Shown piece by piece: positions 52,494-64,000 of a DNA stretch of 64,000 nt. The position numbers and the translations under genes were made by a program. Position 1 is the stretch's first letter; the number at the start of each line of letters is the position of its first letter. Source of the DNA: Styela clava (Eukaryota); NCBI RefSeq assembly GCF_964204865.1, contig NC_135258.1, forward strand, positions 10,540,001-10,604,000. The letters are read 5' to 3'. A model generated the notes under the pieces. It searched no databases. It had not been told where the DNA came from and worked only from the letters and a program-made list of their open reading frames with translations.

Positions 52494-53879
52494 AAGAGTA
52501 ACAGTGACAATAAACATTAGAACCGAGACAAGATACATGTACAAAATCTTGCTGACCTAAATCACAATTGTGAGACATGTAACCCTGACCAATGACATTA
52601 AACAACATGATAGGCAACTCTGACGTCACTCCATAAGACTACAGGCAAAACATTGTATTTCATGATACGCTCCAATGCACATATTTCTCGTCGCCTTTCG
52701 CGTCCGTTTTCCGCTCGCTCTTGCTACTCGGCGTCTTTTTTACGTATAGTACCTGCCTTTTTGCGCCTGTAACGAAACAAAATAATCTCTATATCTAAGA
52801 AGTTTTGCTTACTTGGAAAGCTGGAATAACAGGCAAGCTGTAAAGAGCAATTCTGGACATCATAGACGTTTTTTTTTATCAGAGAAGATTACAAACGCGA
52901 TAGCGGGAAGATTTGTGTGGAACATTTTGCAGATAATGACAAAGTTCAAAGTTAGTAATTTTAATGTTTGCGCTTAATCATTGAAATTTCATTTAAAGAG
53001 GGTGTCATACAAAACTGTGCTGCGATACAATTCCATAACACAAGGTTTGCACCTATCGAACTTGCTTTTGTAGGTGAATTTATTAGACATATTACATATT
53101 CAGTTAATCGTAGGTAACATTGCTGGTACATAATGCATCGTAGATAGGTTTGTTTAAATTTAGGAATTTAGCTCATAGCCCACTAATTAATATTATCTTC
53201 TATGCAGGAGGTTGCAGGGCTGAATTCAACTTGCAGCCTTACCGATCACCTGACGATGCTCATTTAGTTTGGCTCGAGCAAGTCTTCTTGAAATGCTTGT
53301 GTGGATGGAAACTACCTATATTTTTTGCCTTCCTCCGATTTTAGACAAATTTATTCTGAGGGATTTCGCATATAATTCTCACTGATTGTTGGCTGTTTAT
53401 AATTCCTATTGATTGTGAATTCTGATTATAACAATGAGTTGAAAATTTTTTTACCTAATTTACTGGCACCTTTTTCTTGTCAATACTCCAAGCTGAGGTA
53501 ATAAACATGACATTACATTTATGTCATCTGGAAGCAAAATATGCACACTAATTAATAGTTTGGCACATTGAGATAATACATCATGACAGAAAATACAAGT
53601 TCAAGATATGTATGACCATCACATGGTAATTGAAATTAAAAAAAATTAATAGGGGCTGTGGAGTATGGAAAGTTCAAGACAAAGAAAAGAACAAATGTTC
53701 ATAGCTCATGAACTCTCAATTTTGCCTCCATTGCTTTGTGAAGGCCAGTATATTTCGAGTGGCTGAATTGGTTTACCTTTATGATAGCAACGATTTTGTA
53801 TTTAATATAGCGAGATTATTTCAATTTAATTGAAGTGATATAATTTCCCAAAGCAATGCTTGAATCGTCTAGAATAGAT

Positions 53880-55070
53880 CAGTGGTGTCAAACTCATGGG
53901 TTTTCGAGAGCCGCATTGCATTTTGAAAATTGTAAAAAGAGCCGCAAACAGTTTTTGATAATGTATACTTAAAAGATATTTTTAAGATAGTTTTAGTTTG
54001 TGACATATATTGTGATGCAACTAAACAGTTGGATTAAGTTTTATTATTTTCTTCAATTTCAAATGCAATTACATATTAATATTTGCATTCCACTATTATT
54101 GCAACATTTGCAAGTTACAGTATTTATTATAAAAAATCGTAAAATTCTATGTACAACCATCAAAATCATTTTTGAACAAGCTTTGAATGAGGAAAGAATA
54201 ATACATACACTAAAAATAACTTAATCTAAATATATGAACCTAAAATTAACAAAAATACTACAGTATAAACTCAATGTTTTAATAATTACATTTGTCCTGG
54301 CGTTTGGCATCTTTTTTGTGTCACCAGCATACTAAGGCCAGTCTGAAATGATTTTATAGTACCAACTCTAACTAACGAGGCCACATGATCATGGTTTTAT
54401 CTGGATCTTTACGAATGTTTAATTAATTCCAGTAATGCAAAAAAGTTACTTTTATCATTTCATGTATAGATCAGTAAAAAAACAAATGACAGATTTTTTC
54501 GACAAGACATTTCGCACTTCATTGCGTGGCATAGGATTGCTTGAATTATTATTGATATTGATTTTCAGTAACTAAGTCGTTGTATAATTATATTAATATA
54601 CAAACACATGGAAATTTTCTGTTCGAAGTTGGTCTTCGAATTTGTCATATTGACTGCTGAGCTTATTGTGTTTTTTGATTGTTTTGATGGAAATATGACA
54701 AATTAAACAATGTGCTTCAGAATTTTGTGAAGAGCAGAAATGTTACAACTCCCATTTTCTTCAAAAATGCCACCTTCTTCATGTACTTTGCGTTTAATTT
54801 AATTACTCAAGTGTTTTATTCAAGTATTCTTTTGCTAGCTTGATGTGTATTCTTAATTGGGTCAAAATGTGGACAAAAAAAAATCAATATTCCAAAACTA
54901 CTTTCAGTAAATTGTTTTTTGTGTGAATAATCAATTTCACTTTAGAAGGTTTGAAAAATCTATTACATTTAGATAAAAATAAAAAAACTTCCAAAATACT
55001 ATTACAATTATTGTTAAACGTTCGAGGGCCGCACTGGAAGTTCTCTGGGGCCGCGAGTTTGAGATCACTG
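53880..55070 (-). mobile_element. Non-autonomous hAT (SPIN/Buster-like) element
   Basis: TIRs cagtggtgtcaaactc / gagtttgagatcactg, subterminal g(a/g)gccgca repeats, degenerate TSD gaatagat/gtctagat, and a decayed transposase C-terminus on the minus strand. Confidence 0.75.
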
Positions 55071-57479
55071 GTCTAGATTGAAGTTGTTCAAAAAATATAT
55101 GATAGTATTTTATCATGAATGATGATTATACCCCTTCCGGAATTTCTTCTATAGTACTACCAAAAGTTGATGAACCAAATATAACACAGGTGCAGTGAGT
55201 ACCCGTAATCCTCATTTCCAAAGCTGTTTTAAGTATGTCTGGCGTGTTTTGTGCCTTTTTACAAATAAGACCGCTTATGCAATCTTACGCTTTGGAATTT
55301 TTAGTTATTTTCCTCAAGCCCTGCAGGATGTGGGGGCCATACACAACTCTACCGGAGGGTCAAATGTCTTTGCATGCCTCCATAGGTTGTTTTTCTATTG
55401 CAATTTTCTATTTTCAAATGCATTATATTTCTTGGAATCACACTGTCACTGATATGTCGCCAGACTTCTGATATCTCCCCGTCTGCTATAGTTGTCCTGT
55501 GAATAAATAATAGGAAATTGAGATTAGACGAATAGTTGAAAGTTTTGCTTTATGTCGGCTTAATTTCTTGATTGATATACTTACTATTTCTGCTATTGCC
55601 TCTTGTGCTGCAAGAGTCTCACAATGCTTAGACAGGTTTGTCCACAACTTTCACATCTGAAGAAGTTAAGAATAAATAAAGCAGTCTATATGATTCAGAA
55701 TGGAAAAGCTAATAAATCCAATATCTTATGTTTTATTCAAAAAATATTTTACTGAATTTGGTATATAAACCAACTAATAAAAGAGTTTAGTCAGAAAATT
55801 ACAAGCATTCGTGGCTCCAAATACTTGAGAAATCAGACTATACAATATAGACCGGTATGAGTGAAATGTTAGGTGAACTTGTTAACACTTTGATTCAATA
55901 CGCAAATAAAAGTGAATGCGTAATAGTATGTTACAATGAGCAGCAATCAACAATGAGTATATATCCTCACTGATTAAAAAAAATCTAACTGGAGGTGCAT
56001 GAACTATTTGAAACCATAAGGGGTAAGTAAATATGTAATTTCGGCAAATGGGCAACTACGTACCGTACTGAATTAATAACTTCGTAGTATTTGACAAAGA
56101 CTGGGTTTCCCACATGTACTTAACAGTGCGATGCCCGGGTGTGATATACAACAATAGTATTCACCTTACCTTTTACCGATTTCTTTTTACCCCAACTTTC
56201 AAAAATATCATTAAAATCGACAACAACTGTCAAAGCAGGCACGAACACCATTCGTGCTACGCCTTGAAAGCAGCACACATCCGCTCGTTTTCGTTTCGTC
56301 AAGTATGTGCATTGGAGCGTGCTATCGAATACGATCTTCGGACAAAAATGCCGGAGTTGCGCATCATGTTGTTTAATGTCATTGCCCTGACAAATACACC
56401 AGCAGTTTGGAAATGATACGCTATAAGAGGTCACAGTGGTTCCCAAACTTTTTCAGCTTTTTCGGCACGCTAAAAATAAAATTAAAAAGCGGAGTACTTT
56501 TTATCCAATTCAAATTTTTCTAAATCCCCTCATCCGCAAACTAATCATGCGTTGTTTGGGACAGTTTTGACAGGAAATAAGATTGCAATAACGATCCATG
56601 GTTTTGTCGGTCAATTGTAACAAGTCTATATATATCGTTTTTAGTTTTAAATTTCTGTCAGCGCGGTAACTTAATATTCGCAAGGTCATGAAGATGCAAA
56701 TAACAAATCATTTTATTGACTTCGTAACTGATCATTGAATAGGAGTTGTAAGCATATAACCAAAACTGTTTCATTGAAACTTTTAAACGGAGTATAGTTA
56801 AACTTCGTCAGGCCCTAATTTCAGAATGGAAACTAGATGACAGCATTCAAATTGACATGAATAACGAAATAGAACTAAAACAATTGTATTCTTTTCACAA
56901 ACAAGACATAAACGTTTAAATATGGACAAGTTGATATATATACTCGTATATATCATCTAACACCGGTCGTTGAACGTTTGCTCGCTGAAATTGGTTGACA
57001 GAAAATCCACATGCTAGCGAATTTCAGGAAAATTTGGAGTAAAATTGATAGCCTCCAAGTAGTTCAGAGAAAAATTGACAAACTATGGAAGTAATATGAT
57101 GTTATGAGGTCTTTGCAATCCCAAACTGGTAAAAGTTTTGAAAAAATTATTCCAGTATTTTAAGAGAAATGATAATTTTCCCGAAGGCGTCAACTTTTCA
57201 TAATGATCCATAGATCCACTTTGACTAATAATTAATTACCTAGCAGTAATGGTAAACTTAGTGGAATCAGGAAAATTCCAAAATTATTAGCTTCCTAGGT
57301 GTAAGTGTTTATTTGTCGAGCTCTAGCTACCAATATTTTCATTTGACAATGTTTCATTTGAAGCAACGAATACTCCCAATTTTGTTATTTGTTTTATTTA
57401 TTTTAGTAGAAGTCGCTTCGAACAAGGTTGTATGCAGCACTGAAATTGCAAAAAGCCACATAAAGTTTGCCGACCACTG

Positions 57480-58032
57480 CTATAATTTCTTCATACTTTG
57501 GTTACCCGCATTGCTTCTTGCAAAATTATTGTGTTTTGTGGCAGTGTTGTGGGCACTAATTGCTGTTATCCCCATGGCCTCTAGGTTGATATCGGTGTCG
57601 CAATAGCAGCAGTGAGCATAGCTCTACCTTTTCGACTTTTTTTAAAGTTAGCAAATTCCTTTTCAAATTCGAAACGAACTGATGTTTACATCTACTCATT
57701 TTATAAATTATGGTTTGTCCCTAAAAACAGTCGCACATGCCTTGAAACTAGCAACAACTATTGTAACTGCTGTGTCACAGTTTGCCTGGAAATACCGCAA
57801 TCCTTACAGTGAACATAAACAGTTCGCGCTGAGAGCGAGCTTGTGGCGAGAGAAAACTTCCACGGAAGCTTTGTACGCAAAACAAGGACGAGTTATACAT
57901 GTTTCTAAGACAAAATAAGCACACAACTCAAAAATAAGCAATTTTCTTAGATATAAGCACATCGTTACCTCATAAGACGTATGCTAGAAAATAAGCACAA
58001 ATCTTAGTAATAAGTACGATATGGTAACCCTG
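57480..58032 (-). mobile_element. Truncated hAT (Blackjack-like) left end with zinc-finger relic
   Basis: Minus strand starts cagggttaccatat, with repeated ataagcac motifs. Frameshifted N-terminus MSRCKHQF..FEKEFANFKKSRKG..YAHCCYCDTDINLEAMGITAISAHNTATKH. Confidence 0.65.
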
Positions 58033-58108
58033 TCTATGAGTTAGATTATTAGCGCTATATTTTATCAAACCTCATACAAATAATTCGAATTTAGACTAAT
58101 TAGTATTG

Positions 58109-59774
58109 TTTTTTTTTTTTTTTTAAATCGGATCAGAACAGCACTACTGGATCCAGCCCAACGCCTTCATTTCCTGGTAATGCCGATGGAAGCTAATCAT
58201 TCATTTACCTTTATTTAAAAGGTTTGATCCATACCACGTGATGTGGTAGACCTCCAATCATCATATCCGTTATTTTTAGATGGTATTTCATGTTTTTTTA
58301 TCAATAAAATGGTTTGTAAATATGGCATTGTGCTCTTTATTTTGGGGATAAATCCTGTAACATGAGGCTTCTTATATACTTTAAGCAATGGCATACCGTA
58401 ATGGTATTTTTAAGTTACATGGTCTTGATAAAAACATTTTTTTTTTGAATCAGTCAAATTTCTTTTTTTTTGTTGTGCCTCGTTACTTTTTGTTATATCC
58501 ATCTTATGTTCGTGCTTCGTAACCCAATATTTCTTTCCAATTCGTTTTAAGCGTTATGTTCTTTGTTCCATCATATGTTTCTAATTGAAGATCAGCAAAT
58601 TCTGCCAACTTTCTTATGACGTCTGCACTGATTTCGTCATATTCTCTTTTATTTAAATTTCTGTTCAGTTTATCTAACTTTCGTTTCATTTTTATTATTC
58701 TAACTTTCAATATCTGAAGACCTTTCCAAATCAACAGCTTATTTGTACCATCGTATTGATTTGTAAAAACGGTTTCTTTAGATAAAATGATGTTTTGTCC
58801 TGTTATAATTCGAAATTTGGCCTCCATATCCCTTATAATAGAATTTATCACAGTACAGTTTTGAAATATGTGTTTTGTGTCATCGTTTCCAACCCCACAA
58901 AACTTACATTTAACTTTGATGCCTTTAGTTGCTATGTATGCTCTATATCCGGTGTTTTTTTTTCTTTTCTACATAGAGAAATCCTTCTTTTCTGATTCGA
59001 TAGGAAATGACTTTTTCATAGTTTCATAGCCCATTCCGTTTCTTGTGCTTTCGCAGTTTCAACTGTTTTGTTATTTCTAAACAAGATATATAACTTTTTC
59101 AAATTCATGTCTCCCCATTCCTCTTTGTTCAACTTGATTGTCTTTATTAATTCCAATGAGTTAGTCCATTTGTTAGGTGCTTTCATAGTATGTGGCATTG
59201 AATTGGTATAGAGATGATTATTCAGTGTCCGAATTCTTGTTCCCAAACTATACAATGCCTCAAAATGCCAGAATTGAGACGGTTTTTCAATGATGGCTAG
59301 TTTTGCAACTTTTTCAGTTTTACATGAGTTTATTTTTGCTTCCAGATCAATTGTTCTAAATCCACCATGAAGTTTGTTTTTTTGAAGTTCAGTTCTCTTT
59401 ATTACTTCAAATGTTTCGGGGTACCATAAGAATTTATAGATGATGGCATTAATTTTCATTATCTGCTCCTTGGATACTGCTATTGTTCTTGCGCTGTGGA
59501 GAATTTGGGATATAGCCAAAAAATTTATTATAGTGTTTTTACCATACCATGTTAAATTTCTTGTTTTGCTCATATTCAATACTTTTGTGATTTTTGAGAT
59601 CTTCTCGTTCCATGTTAAAGTTTCTTTGTTTTTACCAAAATACACTCCTAATATTTTTATATGATCCTTGATATATCCTTTATATTTTGTATTATTCACC
59701 ATATCCATTGCTCTTTTGTTTATGCATAATATTTCCGTTTTATCTTGGTTTATTCTTTGACCAGTGGCTAATCT
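58109..59774 (-). mobile_element. 5'-truncated non-LTR retrotransposon (L1/Tx1-like ORF2 C-terminus) with poly(A) tail
   Basis: ATGQRINQDKTE..IKILGVYFG..RNLTWYGKNTIIN..IYKFLW..GGFRTIDL (ORFs 59016-59708 and 58504-58851). A T16 run at 58109-58124 is the poly(A) on the minus strand. Absent from the duplicate copy at ~63270-63365. Confidence 0.88.
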
Positions 59775-60946
59775 AATAGCGCTGCGCTACACAGAAACAA
59801 CAGTAACGAGAACATGTTCGTGTTTTATGCTGGATGGCTGAACGCAAAAGCGGGACTTTTGGCTGACTTGTCGGGACAAGACGCTAAAAAGCGGGACTGT
59901 CCCGCCTAAAGCGAGTATGGTAAGCCTAGGTATGGTTAAACCGCGACGTGTACAGCAGTTAGTTATGTATCAGGTTCAGATGTGAAAAAAACGGAAGTCT
60001 GATAAAAACCGCCAATCGATGCGTTCTTACAAAAATTGGGTTTGACTTCAGACCAGTAAATAAATTGCCAATTACCACCATTCGGTGGCACAACAACTAA
60101 TTTTGATAATGCGGAAAGGTGAAACACACTATGTGTGATGTATTTCTGACGTAAAATCCACGATGTCTACATCTATCTTCGAGGGCACTTGGTGTTGGTT
60201 GTGTTTAGTGGATCTATGGATCATGTTTTTCTTTTTTTTGTTGTTGTGAAAATATCACTATTCTCAATAGCTACTAGACCAATTGCTTTGAATTTTTTTA
60301 TTGGCTGAAGACTGTTGTTGTGGCTAAAAGGCTATTATTTTTATTCGTTTCGAAGAAAATTTGCTCTCCGTGGAATTCGTTTTTCGTTCCAAAGTCATCA
60401 AAATTAAAAAAAAATCGCATCGTGTCGCGGTTCTGTGATTGCATTTCAGCGATCTTGTGGTCTGACTACCATACCTTAAAAGATTTGATACTACTTTGTT
60501 GTAGACACGGTGTCCGTATATTTAGCATTTCTCTCTTGTTAATTGATCGGCAAGACTTATTTCCAGCTCAGTGAAAATTGTCTTTGATTCAAATAGTAAC
60601 CTTGCATCAAGTTGCATTCAGCTCTTGTTGAATACGGAAATATGAGTCACCAATCTATTGTACACGTATAAGCACGGCTTCATTGAAGCTTGTCGCGAAT
60701 ACATTGATAAAAGAAAACGATTGGAAGGGTCTTGTTTCTCCGCTATTGTGTACTCGTTATTCAATTATTCAAAGCATTATATGACTTAGCTTCGCCTTCT
60801 GCTTTACATACCTTAAGCGAGATATGCATTAGTCCTGGTCTTTCCGTGACCACCTTGCAGGCTAGACCAGTAATCGAGTGATGTTTTTGTTCGTGTATGT
60901 ACCATTGGAGTATTATACTAAGTCACAGGTTATTTTTTTGTTTTAT

Positions 60947-63900
60947 CGCGTTGACTGTATCGGGCAATGAAAGTTGTTCAGAAAACAATATTAAAAGTGT
61001 TGCTATTGTCAGGCTATATATTTAATACATACGTATTGTGTTCATACGAGGAGCGTCGGGTTCATTTCGACGTATTTCAGATTCATAGTTAAAACGAATT
61101 ATAAAATATATTGCGGTCTGTGGTTCAGGGACAGCACTTTTTATTGGAAATTAATAAACCTAGCTTACGTAAAGAGTATATTGAGTAATATGTAATTACG
61201 ACGGAAAGATATACATATATATATATATATATATATGTGAATTAGAGCAGGTTACTTGACCAGTTTCATGAAAATCTACCATAACTGTCGAGTGGGAAAA
61301 TAATGTACTATTGATAGTTCGACTGTTTCTTTAATCAACATAAAATTCTAAAAAAGCAAACGCTGTGTATACACATGTATTATGCATATACACTCTGTGG
61401 GTAATTGGACGATGAACAATGCAATCACGCCAATTTAAGCAAGCTGGTTACTAACTGCCCACCCTCACTTACGTGGTTCACAAGTACCTATGAGTGGTGA
61501 ATAGGTATCATATGATGTTTTACTACGAATTTGATATAAGCTTATAAATAACTACGACATTACATTTACTCACTCACTTTAATCAAGTAGGCTACCCGTG
61601 CAACGGCTACTTTTTCCGTTGGCCAGGAGAACGAATGACAATTCTACACGATTAGGGAGTTTTTAAGTCTGTCGAGGCTTTGCCCAAACCAGGTAGACAA
61701 CGTAAATTAAATATATTGGACTGATCGAGTACGGATTTTTACGTGTCATTTGATGTTGGAAAATCTTTGTGTGTCACTTTCAAACTTAGTATCAAAACTT
61801 CTATGTTGTCGTGGTATGTATCACTTATTGTTCAATGCAGGGTAATTTTAGAATGTGTCAAAAGACCCAAAACGAAGCCGCAGCATTTTGATAAGTGTAA
61901 TGAAAAGGAAAAACGAAATATATATACGGTATATTAGCATGTGAGCATGTAATAGGAAGTGATATTTAGTTTTGTAATAGGAAGTTGTCATTCTTTGGTT
62001 GGATTAAACTTTGTAGTAAATAACTTAACTTTTACTAGAGGACGTTTTAGCTTTTTATCCAATTCAAATTTTCCTAAATCACCTAATTCGCAAACTTATT
62101 ATGCCTTGGATGGGACAGTTTTGACAGGAAATAAGATTGAAACAACGATCCATGGTTTCGTCGGTCAATTGTAACGAGTCTATATATATATATATATCGT
62201 TTTTAGTTTTAAATTTCTGTCAGCGCGGTAACTTAATATTCACAAAGTCATGAAGATGCAAATAACAAATCATTTTATTGACTTCGTAAATGATCATTGA
62301 ATAGGAGTTGTAAGCATATAACCAAAACTGTTTCATTGAAACTTTTAAACTGTGTATAGTTAAACTTCGCCAGTAGTTTCAGAATGGAAACTAAATGACA
62401 GCATTCAAATTGACATGAATAACGAAAACAATTGTATTCTTTTCACAAACAAGACATAAACGTTTAAATATGGACAAGTTGTTGATATATATACTCGTAT
62501 ATATCATCTAACACCGGTCGTTTAACACTTGCTCGCTGAAATTGGTTGACAGAAAATCCACATGCTGGCGAATTTCAGCAAAATTTGGGGTAAAATTGAT
62601 AGACTCCAAGTAGTTCAGAGAAAAATTGACAAACTATGAAAGTAATATGATGTTATGAGGTCTTTTCAATCCCAAACTGGTAAAAGTTATAAAAGTATTA
62701 TTCCAGTATTTTAAGAGAAATGATAATTTTCCCGAAGGCGTCAATTTTCCAAGACGATCAATAGATCCACTTTGACTAATAATTAATTACCTAGCAGTAA
62801 TGGTAAACATAGTGGAATCAGGAAAATTCCAAAATTATTAGCTTCCTAGTTGTAAGTTTTTATTTGTCGATCTGTAGCTACCAATATTTTCATTTGACAA
62901 TGTTTCATTTAAAGCAACGAAAACTTTGCTTTGAGCAAGCTTGCATAAAAATATTTGCTTCGACAAAGAGTAATAAGGAGATTCTCAAAAAGTGAAAATA
63001 GACAAGTTTCGTTATTTCGGTGATGTAATTTTGTCATCTGAACATATTTGCGTTAAAATTTTTAATTTTTCCGCAAAAAAATTTAGAGTTAGGGATCAAG
63101 GATTGTCAATAAATTTCGGCGAGACGACGTCAAAATATATATTTGTAAAACTGGAGGCAGTTAAAGAAACGCTGATTATTGAGGAACAGATAATAATAAT
63201 CCATAAGTTATATTATTAGCGCTATATTTTATCAAACCTTATATATATGACCGATTATTGTTAATTCGAAATTTTTTTTTTTGAAAAACACTTACGGCAC
63301 ACTAGTATGCCGCGACGCGAAGTAAAACAATATTCATGAAATAAAGAAAGTACAACACTGAAAAATCTAGCGCAATACACAAAACAGAGGTATGATTGAA
63401 CCGCGACGTGTACAACAGTTAGTTATGTATCAGGTTAAGATGTGAAAAAAATGGAAGTCTGATAAAAACCGCCAATCGATGCGTTCTTACAAAAATTAGG
63501 TTTGACTTCAGACCAATAAATAAATTGCCAATTACCACCATTCGGTGGCACAACAACTAATTATGATAATGCGGAAAGGTGAAACACACTATGTGTGATG
63601 TATTTCTGACGTAAAATCCACGATGTCTAAATCTAGCTTTGAGGGGAATTGGTGTTGGTTGTGTTTAGTGGATCTATGGATCATGGTTTTCTTTTTTTGT
63701 TGTTAAAATATCGCTATTCTACTGGACCAATTGCTTTGAATTTTTTTATTGGCTGAAGACTGTTGTTGTGGCTAAAAGGCTATTATTTTTATTCGTTTCG
63801 AAAAAAATTTGCTCTCCGTGGAATTCGTTTTTCGTTTTAAAGTCATCAAAATAAAAAAATTTGCACCGTGTCGAGGTTCTGTGATTGCATTTCAGCGATC

Positions 63901-64000
63901 TTGTGCTGGTCAGACTGCCGTACCTTAAAAGATTTGATGCTACTTTTAGCCACGGTGTCCGTATATTTGGCATTTCTCTCTTGGTAATTGATCGGGAAGA
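60947..64000. repeat. Second segmental duplication, short copy (runs off the window end)
   Basis: Collinear with 48354-60560 but lacking 49425-56496, the LINE and the Blackjack-like fragments. Confidence 0.88.

Larger units (their letters stand above)
48354..60560. repeat. Second segmental duplication, long copy (partner 60947-64000)
   Basis: Shared blocks: 48354-49424 with 60947-62051; 56497-57370 with 62051-62920; 58047-58075 with 63213-63240; 59927-60555 with 63388-64000. Confidence 0.88.

Noticed and set aside
1-64000. CRISPR arrays, operons or prokaryotic defence systems
   Set aside because: The sequence is eukaryotic with spliceosomal introns, and no regularly spaced repeat-spacer array was seen.

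Overview
AT-rich, intron-containing eukaryotic (metazoan) DNA. The short introns, agrin and KLHL9/13 orthologues, short-collagen C-type lectins and tRNA-SINE/hAT-MITE landscape fit an invertebrate chordate such as an ascidian, but this is inference. Contents: (1) the 3' half of an agrin gene (LG1-EGF-EGF-LG2-EGF-LG3, ~439-9394, +); (2) a tandemly duplicated collectin-like C-type lectin locus with two intact 4-exon copies, each paired head-to-head with an inverted, start-less paralog fragment (~13.5-27 kb); (3) a complete 14-exon KLHL9/KLHL13-type BTB-BACK-Kelch gene (29344-46451, +); (4) a repeat-rich block (48-64 kb) with a full-length dead hAT transposon, a 5'-truncated LINE and a second local segmental duplication. 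The most notable observation is two frame-preserving candidate microexons inside agrin introns at the positions of the vertebrate neural y and z splice sites: 15 nt (RSKAK) and 27 nt (9 extra residues). Both have a UGC-containing pyrimidine tract before an AAG acceptor. All exon boundaries were read by eye; no searches or alignments were run.
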